Below, piece after piece: positions 1 to 13,597 of a stretch of DNA of 64,000 nt; position 1 is the first letter of the stretch; each line of letters starts with the position of its first letter. The stretch covers positions 7,378,001 to 7,442,000 of the forward strand of contig OZ176056.1 of NCBI GenBank assembly GCA_964247055.1. The letters run 5' to 3'. This DNA comes from Paragordius varius. Lineage: Eukaryota; Animalia; Nematomorpha. Position numbers and translations under genes: made by a program. The notes under the pieces are model-generated. The model did no database searches. It was not told the origin of the DNA and saw nothing but the letters and a program-made list of their open reading frames with translations.

Positions 1-313
1 CCATTTAGGATGTTTGGATCTAACATTTGACGGCTTGGGTCAATTTTTACATTGTCATCATCTTTTACTAATTTGATTTTACCATTTTTATGTTCTTTAA
101 AGCTTTTCTTTTTAACTTTTTGGGGCCGTTTTTCATTGGCGTTTTGTGACAATCTACTAACTTCAGAAGATGAATCATTTAACATTGTATGATGAATAGT
201 GGTAGGTGGATTCTCCATATTTTCAGGTATAATATTGCTAAAGTAATTATTTATATCGGGCCATCCATGTAATTTTTCAAACAATTCAAGCGGTGTTGTC
301 GTTATATCCATAC
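1..313 (-). CDS. Coding exon of an unidentified gene, truncated at the window edge (GMDITTTPLELFEKLHGWPDINNYFSNIIPENMENPP...KKKSFKEHKNGKIKLVKDDDNVKIDPSRQMLDPNILN)
   Basis: Stop-free frame of about 104 codons on the minus strand starting right after a ttattccag acceptor (AG at 315-314). GC content is higher than in the flanks. No family recognised and upstream exons not resolved. Confidence 0.6.
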
Positions 314-1781
314 CTGGAATAAATTAAATTCGCAAAATTTATTTATAAAAGGCAAAACGGATATTGGAAGTATAAGTAAGTATAAATTATAATAATGGAT
401 GTTACTTTGGGGTTAAAACAATATTGAGAATTTATAGCAAATGTAATATGTATATACAATATATGCCTTAAATTAAATAAGTATAATTACATATATTTGA
501 TTTTTTGATATATTAGAGCTTGTGGTGTTTTTTCACACACAATTTCATAATAAGTTGGAATAATGTGTTTCAAACGAATAATGCGAATATAAAATTATTT
601 ATATTTTTTTGAATTTTTTTTAAGATTCACAAAAATTACTATAGATGACCATAGGGCAACCATTAATTTTGATTAAAATCAATTTATGTATATATATTTT
701 CTACTTTTTTATCAAACTATAAAGTTATTTATCGTGTTTGAGGCATTTGATTTTGGTTTTTGCTTAAAGAACAGTTGTTGCATAGCACACAAGGAACAAT
801 CATAAATTTTTCTTTTTTCACATTTGAACCTATGATAAATCTATTATTTCATAAATATCGATTTTATTGTAATATGAGTATCAATTTCCCATTTTATGAT
901 ATATATATGAGTATATACTGGTTTGATATTTTATAAATCATCATAAAAGGAGTAAGATTTCGCTTTAAAACTCAAGTTGACTTTTAATGAAACCAATTAC
1001 TCATTATATATAATATATTAGATTTTATATCAATTAAAATAGCACTGTAAAAAATTTATAGGCTTTTAGATTAGTTTTTTTACAAAATTTAATTTTTATA
1101 AAATACCGTGTCAATCTTAGCAGAAGCTGGAAGGATTGACGGCAGCCAGGTGGTTATGATATAAAAAAATAATTTCAATTTATAATTTTTATTATTTTTT
1201 ATACTTTTAAACATAAGACCGTAAAATACAATCACAATATAACAATTTTTTCTTCTAGTTCTTGCGAATCCGATAGTTATTTTTAAAAAAATTAGGAAAT
1301 ATAATATATTTTCAAATGACCATATAAATATTAAATGGGTGCCAGTTTGTTTGAGTCAAAATGCGTGGCTCGAAATCTTGTATTGTCCCTATATTAGTTT
1401 ATAGACACAGGATATATCGGTTAATAAAACCAATAAAAATAATGTTGTTTTCCTATATTGATCAGAAAATTCGCTTCAAAGCTATACCATTTAACAGAGT
1501 AACTCTCGTTTAATAATAATGGATTAATTTATAACATTTTTCCCCTTAGGTTAACAGTTATTCTAGCTTTTTTGATTTTCCTCAAATATTAAAACACTGA
1601 TGCATATTTTAAAAAAGCGTTCAGCTAAAGCTTTATGCATGGAGAAGTACCTAACCCGTATGGATTTTATATAATCGCTAACTTGGGCTATTAAGTGCAT
1701 TAAAGTAACGTAAATTTCAAATGGATGCACGTTTGACAGAGGATAAACTATTGAAGAGATTAGCCACGTTGTTATCTAAAT

Positions 1782-2021
1782 CAAGGGTGCCCCACCGGCA
1801 CATGGAAAATTAGGGGAATCTCAAAATTGGCATGGCAAAAATTTACTCATACGATCCTGGTAAAATTGATATTTTCCAAACAATTTTTTATAAATAAATC
1901 TATATACCCAATTTGAAGAAAAAAGGTGGATAAAAATTGTTATATTTATCGTTTTATTCCATATATATCGATTTTTGGTTGAAAATGCGGCCCGCAAAGC
2001 CATTCGTGTTGGACACCCCTG
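1782..2021. mobile_element. hAT-type MITE
   Basis: Termini caagggtgcccc / ggacacccctg with a perfect 8-bp target-site duplication ATCTAAAT (1774-1781 and 2022-2029). An 8-bp TSD is typical of hAT elements. Confidence 0.8.
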
Positions 2022-3269
2022 ATCTAAATTACATGTGGTTAGTTCAAAATATTTTTGGTTGCAAATCGGCAGCTAAATGCAAGGATTAATTCAAAAAATA
2101 GCCCTTATTAAAACGGCAAATAAAAAATTGAAAAATTCTATTACCAAATTTAAATTGATCTGTTTATTTTTAGGGAGAATTGCCTAAAGGGGGATTTAAA
2201 TTTTAAAACTCCTTTCACACAGGATAGCATTTAGATATATATTGAGGGCAAATATAGCCCCAGGCATTTATACATCCTAACAATTTTCTTTTGTATATGA
2301 GTAGGCCTATATAATTCCTGGAAAGTTGTTTAAACAACATTTTTAATATATAAATATAATATTCATAGATTTAGCAAACACAAAAACATTCATCCAATTA
2401 TAATTTGATGGTAAGAGTTAATCGAAACAATCTCATTTTAATTTGAGAATAACCTATTAATTATACATAAATATGGGTTAACATACTGATTGGTACAAAA
2501 AATAGTTTATGAATTTGCCTTAAAATTTAATTAAAATATATCGAATTGTCATTGCTGTCGTTTATAGAAAACTTAAAATAATGAAGGCAAAACGTAAAAA
2601 TAATGAGGAAAAATTTATTCAACAGCCAAACATACTTTTTTTACAAGTTGATTTTTCTAATGATAAAATTCATTGTTTTGAATTGCAAAGTATAAAACAT
2701 AGATGTAAACGCAATTATTTACACATTTTACAATCGTTACTAAATTGTTTAGTTAAGATATTTTACGGTTTAAAAAAGTATGGTTGTGCTTTTAAAAAAA
2801 CATTTGTCTTATGTTTTTACGTTTTACTGTATATTTTCCACATATCTACTGAAATTTTAACAAACTAACCGATTAATATTATAAAATGAAGAAATGTAGA
2901 ATAAAAGATTAATAAAACCTAAATATATATCACTAAATAATATGTCTTTATAACCTTGCGTTTACGGCGTTTTACTTATATTTTGTCATTACATATACAC
3001 AAACTTAGCGCAATAATCAAAAAGTAATATTCATAATCAATACTAATGGGTCTATTATGAAAATTATAAAAAACGAATTATTCCAAAAAATACGTCTATA
3101 TCAGTCTCGGCATATTTATAAGTGAATTAAAAATTTTTCACTTTTGAATACCACCACTGTTTATAATTGTTTAAAACACAAAATTTAAAAATCCCATTTT
3201 TTCGAGCTATGAGGTTAAACTAAGGGGCCTCAATTTAAAAAAGGGCTTGGACCCTCTTAACACATTCAT

Positions 3270-3532
3270 ATAGAGGCGTAACTAGAGGGGGGAAAGAGGG
3301 CTGATGGCGCCATAGTTAAAGGGGCGCCGGATTTTTAAAATTTTTGATTTTATTAGGCATTTAAAAGATATTATTATTAAGCATAAAAAATCATCCATCC
3401 ATTGATGAGAGGTCATGACCACAGTTTAAATTTGACTATTTTTTTAGAATGCAAGGGGCCCGCCTGGAAAGGGAAGGGGGGCGCCATCAGGGATTTATGA
3501 AACGGGGTCCAGAAATGCAAGCTACACCTCTG
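3270..3532. mobile_element. Non-autonomous DNA transposon (probably hAT-like MITE); second copy at about 35428-35691
   Basis: Ends gaggcgtaac / gctacacctctg. Shares internal blocks (catagttaaaggggcg, gggggcgc.atca.ggatt, ccagaaatg.aagctac) with 35428-35691. Boundaries approximate. Confidence 0.6.
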
Positions 3533-5581
3533 CATCCATATCAATACGATTCAATCATTTAAATTTTCAAATGATATTTATGCACGTCTTTCTAAGAATA
3601 TAAGCCAAATTTTTTTCGAGAATTTGTTATAATTTTTTTACTGCGGGATTAATAACTTAAAAAATAGCTACGTCACCCGCGGTACATTTATAAATATTGA
3701 TAAAATATCATTTTAAAATTGAGTTTTTCTAAAAAATACTTTTAAGCCAAAATATTGTTCAACCAAACCCCTTTTGTTAAAGGGGAAGTGGTTTAAACCA
3801 AGAGGTGTTAATTAAAAAATTAGGCTCAATAAAAAAAAGTTTGGACCTGATTTTTTCAAAACCATTATTTTTACACAGTGTTGAACAAAATTGATGAAAA
3901 ACCTTAAAAAAACGACTCAGTCATCCTAACTGCATTAATTATAAAAAATGTTGGCTTAGATTTATTTGAATAGGCCTATTCATTTCACCCAAAATCGTCG
4001 TAAGGCCCATATGTTACACTTTTCAAAAACACATATAGATATATGTAATAGAAAATCCCATACCTTAATACAATAATATGGCTGGTTAGATATTATATAC
4101 GTGATATAAATTTTGAAAAAGTGGCGACACGATCGGTGGTGTTATAAATGCTATAAAACAAGGTTGGACGGTTTCAAATTTAGTTTTAAGGCCAAGTTAT
4201 TTTAATGTTAGGATAGGGAGGGGGTGTATGTTACATTATGGTAAACTTTAAAAAAACTAATTCAAAAAATCAAAAGCGCGAAACTATCCGATTACAAGAG
4301 TTATACGTTGCATTGTTCAATTGATAGTTGTATGTTAATATATATATATATATATATATATATAGGAACTTGGTCATTTAGACACTAATATTAGAAAGGT
4401 AGGGAGCTATATTGAGTGGCTATTTTGAAATTACTCTCAGCAATTAATAAAGATTAACTACAGTCATATATTTTTAATACTACATATTTTCCCGATAATT
4501 ACTTTGAAATCTGAATTTTTCAGTTTATAAATGCATGGTATAATGATAAAATATGGCACTATAAAATATCACAGAATCTTAAATACGTGAATTATATCGA
4601 CCTTTTTAATATTTTAGCGACCAACGATGGAAAAACCTAATTATATACCATTGTGCTCACTAACCATTCTAAACTGGTTCGGTTTATAATTGATTCACGA
4701 CATAAAAAATTATAAAGTATAACTTAAATAAAATAGCACTATTTACAATCTAATCACCTATTAAACCACCATTATTAAAAAAAAATCTGTTATTAAACAC
4801 TTTTCAAGGATATGACCTGTATTAACTTGTCTTTAATAAAAAAAAATTCATTTATAAATGGGTAGAGTTGGAGACAAGGACAACAATATTCTTTAGTATT
4901 TCATTCACACATTAAATTCACCCTGAACATTTCAAATTCACTAACAATAACTTTTGTGTTTTTGAGCTAATCAATTGATTATTACTATTGATATAATCTT
5001 TATAGCAGTTTATTAGTTTTTCTGTATTAGGTTACTTTTAAACGATATTTTATATAGTTTAAAATTTTTAAAAAGTATAAGTAATACTCGATGTTAAAAA
5101 ATCCATAATTTATTTTAGGGTGAATTTGAGTATAAATGGTTTGAATAAATAAATAACATAAAAAAATTATAAATGATAATAATCAATATTCATTATGCAG
5201 ATAATTGCAAATCGAATAACTTAAAAATTTCCCTAAAAATATTAAACGTATCTAATACTCTTTAATTAATTTAAATATCGATTTGGAGAATTGCTTCAAA
5301 GATTGGTGTTTTTTCGATAAGCAATATTTTTTTCGAAAAAACCTAACATTTGAACAAAAAAGCTACCCTACATTTTATCAATATAATATAATATGTTAGA
5401 TTGAGTTTGTTAATACTGTAATATGCCTGACTTTTATTGGGATAGAACAGGAAAGCCTAAGACAGATGACATGGCTTGTGCCGCATTCAAAAATATGTTG
5501 GCTTTAAAAATATCATTCTTATAATATCTATTATTCAAGTATAAACTGTAGAAAATATGTAGGGAGATAAAATAACTAATA

Positions 5582-5750
5582 CAGTATGCATTTGAATGGT
5601 TGCCTATTTCTCACTATAGTCGGGCAATTTGCAACACAGTAGTGTATGGAAAAAACAACAAAATGTTGAGTAAAATTATTCCTTTCTTTTTTCCATACTC
5701 TACTGTGTTGCGAATTGCCCAACTATAGTGTGAAATAAGCAACTAACAGT
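5582..5750. mobile_element. Tc1/mariner-type MITE family A (copies at about 5582-5750, 12550-12738, 22438-22602, 39168-39337)
   Basis: Near-palindromic 170-190 bp element cagtatgcattt.aatggttgc...cacagtagtgtatggaaaaa / ttttccatac..tactgtgttgc...aaatgcatactg. The 39168-39337 copy has TA on both sides. Confidence 0.8.
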
Positions 5751-6537
5751 TGGATACAACACATTCATTTCAGTTCGATTCAAACTGGGGTCGTTGGGTA
5801 CCCTCTTTTTTAAAATTTAATATTACCAAAATATATAAATTGAAAGCTTTGCAAAAATTTGCATTTATATAAATTTATTCAAAAATACCTGAGATTACTT
5901 TTTCAGAAGTAAAACTCAAAGGTAAAATTTAGCCAACATGACATGTGTCCATAATATAAATATAAAAATAATGGAAACTATACCACTATTCTGTTTATAA
6001 TATTGTTAAATGTGATTTAAAAAGGTTTATTAGCCTTAGAATCAAAAACACGATATTTTGCAAAAATGTAAAAATGTCGTCGAAGAAGTTTGCTACGGAA
6101 CTTTTTTTTCGAAAACTAATTTAAAAATTTTAGCTTATTTGTATAATATTTATTAGGATAGAAGCAAAAATTTAATAAACCGTTTCTTTCTGTATTTTTT
6201 TAACATAGTAACTATAATATTGTTTGGGCTATTTAGACACACCAATTCGAATCGAAGTGTTAAAATTTGAGCTAGTTCACAATGCCAAATGTAAATACAT
6301 GCGGAATTTGTTGAAATATCAATTTTACTATGATTTAGTAAATATTTTTGGATATGGATTAGAGTTTCGCAATTCGGTAGGCCGCGTATTAGACACCCCT
6401 GGTCGTCGATTATATATTTATATACTTAACTAAATTATAGTAACAATTGAAATTATACGGACAAATGTATAAATATAAGGAAAATAATTTTTTCTAAAGA
6501 CAACAACCATACTTTTTAAATTTTATTTTTTAAATTA

Positions 6538-6735
6538 CAGTATGAGTAAGTATACATTGCTAGAAAGTTATACATTAATTATCGCCAAATAGTGAACACA
6601 ACAAAGAGCAGTATTATTGGCTAATAATAGTAAAAAGCGAAAAAAATAAATATAAGCCAATAATACTGCCCTTTATTGTATTTACTATTTGGTAATAATT
6701 AATAACTTTCTAGCAATGTATACTTACTCATACTG
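6538..6735. mobile_element. TA-flanked MITE nested inside a family C MITE end
   Basis: Long TIRs cagtatgagtaagtatacattgctagaaagtt / actttctagcaatgtatacttactcatactg with TA on both sides, inserted directly after the family C terminus at about 6446-6535. Confidence 0.8.
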
Positions 6736-9700
6736 TATATTTTATATTCCAAAGTATATATTCTTAATTACAATCAATTTGATATAGTACAGTGGTTAGT
6801 AATTATATTATATAAGAAAAATTAAGGTAAAAAAAGTATAAAAAAATATTTGTCTATATATATATATATACTAGCGTAAATCTCGTGCTGCTACTCAGCC
6901 CGAGGAAGTCCTTCGGACTTCTGGGAGGGGGGACATTTTTGATTTTATAAGCAATTTTCTTATGCGGCACGAAGTTAAATGATTCAATAGTCTCATAAGT
7001 TTTCTGAAATTTGGCTCCAAAGGCATGCTGTATCGATATGATGGCGCAGTTGTAGGCGGGTAACCCCCTACCCAGAGGCCAATATAAAAATGTAGTTAGA
7101 TAAAAAAATTTGTCTTTATACCTGGCATCGTTCATTCCTAATAGTTTATGGAAGAATGGCTTCAAAACTAAATAATAGTTCAATGATAGCACATTTTTTA
7201 GGGCGTAAAGGGCCTTTAACGGTAATTAAAAAAATCCGCTCGACTAAAATTTTTGACTTTTTACGGGTAATACTTTAAGCAGCTATTGAAATTATATGAC
7301 CTGATAAGTTTTCTGAAATTTAGCCCCAAGAGCATGCGATTTCGATATGATGGGTCAGTTTTTCGCGGGTAGCTCCTTACCCAGCGGCTATCATCAAAGA
7401 AAGGCTTGACTAAAATTTTTGCCTTTTAACAGGGAATACGTAGATTAATGAATTTTTACGGTCTCATACCTTGGTCGAAAAAAAGATTCAAAAAATTATT
7501 TTTATGGTTTTTTTTAAAAAATGGCATTTACGGGGGGAGCGGGTAAAAAGAGGGCCTAAAAAAGCGAGACGACTATGTTCGGCGCAATCGAATAAGTAAA
7601 CAAAAATCATATTTGAAATTGAATGGTCCAAAACGTTCTCCGGAAAATTGTCTCAAAGACACAATTTTTGTGGATTTATGTTTTCAAAAAAACGCGTTTT
7701 TTACACGGGGTGGGCCCGAACGGCCTATTTCAAAAAAAGGTCGAAGCTATTGTCGGGGCATTTATTAATGATTATATTTTTTCGATTTTTGGATTTGAAT
7801 GGGTCCACCGGTTTTCCGGAAACAGATCACACCAGCATTTTCCATTTTTATAAATATATAGATTAAATCCATGCAAATTCATTTATTTAAATTAAATTTA
7901 AATTACCTATCATAATAGAATATAAAAATTACATTCTTTAAATAAATTTCTACTTCCTATTATTATTACACCTCAATTAAATTGTTAAAAAACTATGGTT
8001 TGATTATTATTTCCCATCTATATACTTTTTATAAATTTCCAAAAAATTGAACATAAAATATTATTTTCATTAATTAAGCCCCCTCCCCCCCTCTCCAAAA
8101 AAAAGATTTGACGCCCCTAACTTTTAATTAATTTTTATAACCTTGAATTTTATGAGACAATAGTTTTAAATGTTTTTGAATTGACACAATTTTAGATATT
8201 TTTCGCTGACAAAGACTTTTTTCGTATGCTACAATGTTATCTAGTGTTTTATTACACATTTTAAAAGATAGAATTGATTATCTAATATTGTAGCAAAAAA
8301 ATTCAAAGGTAAATACGTGTTAATTTAATTTTTACTTTTTTACGGCGGCACTCCAATCTAATTCCACTATCATCATTTCTAACCTGTATATATAATATAT
8401 ATAACTGGTAAGTCTTTATTATTAATCTATTTGTAATTTTATATGTTTTTAAATTTAATTTTGCTCTAATACTTTATAAAACGCTCTCTTATCCTATTAT
8501 ATAACTGTTAAGCCTAGTTTTTGATTTGTTAGAGCTTTCAGTAAATAATTAACATAAGAACCTTTATACTCAACAGTTTTAACAAGTATTTTGCTATTTC
8601 CAATTTTGCGTTCTTTACTTTAAAAGACTTAAAACTATGATCAATTAGCATTATTTTTTGGGTTCATTTATAAAAAAAATTATACAAGAATAATTATTTT
8701 TTTTATTAGCGCGATATACTTTTTTATTTAGTGTTAAATTTAATCATATTATAAAATATATTTTTTTAAGTGATATTATGCAATCTGCAGTTTAAATTAT
8801 CACATTTTTCAAAATTTATCCATATAACAAATGGCCAATTAAAATATTTTAAAGAGGTCAAAGAATCAATTTGGTAAAAATCATTCAGAAATGCTGATAA
8901 ACCCATTTAATCCTGAACGCATGCTTAATAAATTTGGATGAATGCAATTATAATATTTTTTTAGATCGCCCTTTACTTCAAATATTATTTAAGGCCCTAT
9001 ATAAGACTTATAATGACCCCCCACTCATTGCTTGCTTTTATAATTATTAGCTATAATACAGTAATCACTTAAATATCTTAATGAAATAATTATTTTCTCA
9101 TAGTAAAATCACGATTCTCATGCTTTTGATTTGGGGCCTTTTAAAAATATTTACACTTTTGCTGTAATGCTCTATCGAAAAATTGTAAAATTTGCCCTAT
9201 AATGTTGCAATAGAAAGAGTTTATTTTTTAAAGTGCGTTTAAAAGTTTTCGCCCTTTTAAAATAAGCCAGTTCTCTATAATCCAAAAATTTTTTTGCAAC
9301 TTTTTTATTATATTGACATCAAAAAATATTTTTGAAAAAATGCATATTTTATTCAAAAATTTTAAGCGTTTTTCAAGCTATTTTGAAGCATGATAAAACG
9401 GAAAAACGCTTAAACATATTATAAAAACCCTTTTCCATATACAGAAGCATATGGCAAACAATATTAATCCATAAAAGAATAAAAAACTGTTTTTTTTTCA
9501 AGATCAACGATAGTTGTCTATACACCTATCCATAATATCCCCTTGTTTATCAAAACATTTTTTATAATTTGACTAACATTTTTTGCCATACGCTACTGTG
9601 ATTCTATGATGCTGTGCACTATAACAACTAAAATAAAGGTTAGTTTGCTTTGAAATATAGGTGTTTTTCACAATTTATAAGAAACCTAAATTTAAAGAAG

Positions 9701-10394
9701 GAATTTTAAACCAAAGAGTGTAGAGAAATAATCCACCTTAGAAAGAATAGTTATAATATTTTAAAACGTTTTTATACTATTTCCTCATGTCTCATAACAG
9801 TATGAAGTATCTTCAACAAAAGTTTGCTAAAAATTAAATTTTTGAACAAAGTATGCATTTTTCAAAAATATGTTTTTTTATGCCATAATCTGGTATTATT
9901 TAATATATTTTATCGCAAAATCTGGCATTTTTGCGTTAATTTTAAGAAAAGTAGTCCATTTTAGAGGGGCACAAACTTCAAGACTTTTGGAGCCCTAATT
10001 GCTATAGTTTTATAAAAATCTTGATTTGCTTGTAAATTAGTTTATTATATATTTTAGTTATATTTTTAGAAAATCTTCCTCATAAGTTGTTATTTAGCAA
10101 AATGTATGCAAATTTTGCCATTTTTTTGGCGCAATGCCCATAAAAATTATAATGACCTACTTATATCACTCGTAGACCCTAAAACCAAAAGCACCATGAT
10201 AATCCTGTTTTTATCAACAGATATTAATCAAGATATTTTTATAAGACCCGATTTTGTTCGCAGTGTAATGCAATACTTAATAATAGTATATTTCAATCTT
10301 AAGCACAAATGTATCAATTTTTACCACTTTCATATATTCATCTTAGATTCTTGTAACTTGAATCTCCAACTCACATCCCAACCCAAATTTATAA

Positions 10395-10715
10395 ATGTTA
10401 CAGTTAGCCAGCATCATTCAAACTTTTCTTACCCTTTACTTGCTGGGTCCAACATTGTTTAGCCCCCTTAATTTTTTTAGTGGGTGGCTAACAAATTCTT
10501 TCAGAAGCAACAGTTTTCAGGTTAGCGGTTGGCCTTATCATAACCCATATCATCATTATGGAGGTGGTCATGACCACCGAGACCACTCCGTAGGCGGATA
10601 TGGACATCATCACAATTATCATGCATCGAATCACTATCATCCACATCACTATTACGGATACCCGAGAGAAACTATGGATATTTTTGGGGCTCGGTTCCCA
10701 CCCTACCGATATTAA
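10395..10715 (+). CDS. Small His/Tyr/Gly-rich protein with a hydrophobic N-terminus (putative secreted, 106 aa)
   Basis: ATG-started ORF MLQLASIIQTFLTLYLLGPTLFS...PYHNPYHHYGGGHDHRDHSVGGYGHHHNYHASNHYHPHHYYGYP...RY*. GC-enriched relative to flanks, with AATAAA about 55 bp after the stop. An acceptor-like ttttttag at 10480 leaves the 5' end uncertain. Confidence 0.65.
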   Translation: MLQLASIIQTFLTLYLLGPTLFSPLNFFSGWLTNSFRSNSFQVSGWPYHNPYHHYGGGHDHRDHSVGGYGHHHNYHASNHYHPHHYYGYPRETMDIFGARFPPYRY

Positions 10716-13597
10716 TTTTAATGATGGATTTTGATTTTGTAGCATCTTCAAATTTTTAGTAATTTGTTTAAATAAATAATTATATCCCTATTTTCATTGA
10801 TAAAATACCATTGTGAAAAACTTAGGGCTGGGGTCCTGCCCATACAACTTTTAGTGAAATTTACATTTGATTTTTGAACAAATTTGATATTAACTTTGAT
10901 CTCAATACATCATTTAAAAGATTACGCATACATATATGTTTGGATTGTCCAAAAAAGTCGGATTTCGGGGAAAGATTGCAATAGATAAATAACGCAAAAA
11001 TAATTTTGGACGTCTATAGTTATTAAGATCCTTTTTGAAATCTATTCAAAATTAAATCCTTATAAATATGTGATTTTCTTTTACTCATTTTTTGATATAA
11101 AATTAAAAAATTATATAATTGGGCGGGCATCAGCCCCCCCCCGACATTAAATGCATGAAACATTATTTTTACTTTAATTTTGGGATTATAATAATTCAGC
11201 TACAATTGAATGGAAGTGAATATTCGATTACTACAAATAATCTTTGTCAAACGTAAAAATACAATTATGTGAACTAAAAGTAAAGTAAAAATTATATAAA
11301 ATTAAATGAAAAATGAAACTAAAGTTGATAATTGATTTCAATATACCATTTACACCTCTAATCCACCATCCTTAAACAATTCAATTTTATTCTTGAACAA
11401 TAATTTAACCTTGAACATTCAAATTCACCATAAAATAAATTATGTGCTTTTCAATATCAAAAAGTTTAAATATATTTTAAATCAAATTTCATTTTAAAAT
11501 TATACCGAAAAAATAATATACGATGCTATAAAGAAATATTTCGTATATATGATGAGTTATTTAGCCCAAAACCCAATTTATTTTTAGGGTGAATTTAAAA
11601 TGTTAAAGGGTGAGATTGAATTGTTTGAGCGTGAATTTGACCTGTACATGGTATAATATATTATTTTATCTGAAAAGTACAGTATTGGAAAATAATCATT
11701 CTTAGATTGTTAAATACATATATATTAATTTTTCTACTGGTTCTTATTAAATATTATAATTTGCCCCCGATATGGAATAAATATTTCAACAATTGCTAAT
11801 TTATAAGTAATTTTGCATTTTTATCTTTACATTTTTGGGAGGAGGGGGGGGGCTCATTTTTTTCAATTTGGTGGGGTGTAAACAAAAAACGGTTGGGAAC
11901 CACTGATTTAAAAGATATACTTTGGCAGATATTAAAATTAACAATTAAATTTTACCCTAATTAAAACTCAATGAATTACATATGACTAGCGCCATTATAC
12001 TATTATAATAAACCAGATACCCTTTTTCTCAAGTAGAATGAAAAACATGTTAACAAATACAGCTATTCTGATGTCACAGTGTTGAAAAATCAATAGAAAT
12101 GAAATCAGTTTTGATAGATTTGACGATTTTAATTATAAAAATTTTATATTTTTGTATTTTCTAAAACATGGAAACAAACATTAATATACACACCTATGTA
12201 ATTATTGGCTAATTCAAAATATGTATTAAGGTAAAATATTTTTAAGTAAAATCTGGTGAAGTTATAAATAATTTATTATTTAAGTAAATTTATGATGTTT
12301 TACAAAAATTATGATAAATTACTAAACTCACCTCTATATCTATTTTTGCACGTTTTCTATTTTTAACTTAATCTTACGTTATTACTTTAAAATAATTTAA
12401 AAAGTTAGGTGGTTAGGTATCATATATTATATTATTTTGTTAAAATATGAAGGATAATATTAGAAAACTATATTTTGTCATCTGAGAAAACGCATTTTTC
12501 GTTCTCTAATGTCTTCTTTGTTAAAGTATTTGAGGAAATATATTGATTACAGTATGCATTTTAATGGTTGCTTAGTTTACACTATAGTTGGACCCAATTT
12601 GCAACACAGTAGTGTATGGAAAAAAGAATAAATAAAAATGGTCTTATTTCATATTTTGTTGTTTTTTTCCATACATTACTGTGTTGCAAATTTCCCATCC
12701 ATAAGTGTGAAATATAAGCTACCATTAAAATGCATACTTGGAAAATACATGAATTCATGTATTTATTTCTTAAGGAATAAATTATTGATTTGCAAATTGA
12801 GAAAATGTGCAAATTTAAGGGTCTAGTTAAGCATATTATCAAAAAAATAGATTCCTTTATAAAACTAGGCAAGTACATTCAATGGCAATGGATCCATATC
12901 TAACCGCTAAATGCATTGAAGAATGGGCATAGAAAAATATTTTGGTATATGTTAGGGATATGTTTATAAAAAATATTATTTTTTTGTTTTTCAGATTAAG
13001 TAACCATAATTAGAATGTTTAAAACTTTCAAAGTTATTGACTATATTTAATAATTGGATGGCAAAACATTTCTTTAATATCATAATTGTAGCTAAAATGG
13101 CAAAAAACTGTCATTAAACTCCTGTAAAATATCAAAATCGCGGATACTTTTAATAAGATGATATGCCATCATAAATATTTATGTTTTGTCAAAATAACCT
13201 CGGAAAACTTTGTCACACAAAAGTGAAAATCACTGCTCTATATAAAATAATAGATACCTGGGTAATAATTAAACCATATATTTTTGTAAACTAATAAAAT
13301 GAAATAAAATTTTAAACTTGAAACACAAGGTTCCTCCATAATAATCTCAATTTGTTAGTCATCAGTACTACACAATTATTTAAAATGGGGCTGGCTATTA
13401 GCATTCAAGTGTTTCTAATTTATTTGTATATACAAGTAGGACTAATTAGTTTATATATAAACCCTAATTTAAAAATATTACATTATAGTCACAAACAACT
13501 TAAGCAGTTAAAATATTTTACCAATGTAGCAAATTTTAATTTATATTTATTAATTTATATACATAAAACACAAAAATAAATTATGTCAATTTGCGTA

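Noticed and set aside
718-1160. Candidate upstream exons (829-718 and a piece near 1105-1150) for the minus-strand gene at the window start
   Set aside because: Splice phases cannot be joined to the 313-1 exon without an unseen exon, and the 1105-1150 piece has no convincing acceptor.
10488-10751. 87-aa minus-strand ORF rich in Met/Ile/Val
   Set aside because: Antisense shadow of the His-rich CAT/CAC codons on the plus strand.
12582-12878. Short ORFs here and at 1821, 25334, 30360, 39127, 40050, 54783 and similar positions
   Set aside because: They lie in MITEs or AT-rich introns, have Ile/Phe/Lys/Asn-biased composition and show no recognisable motifs.
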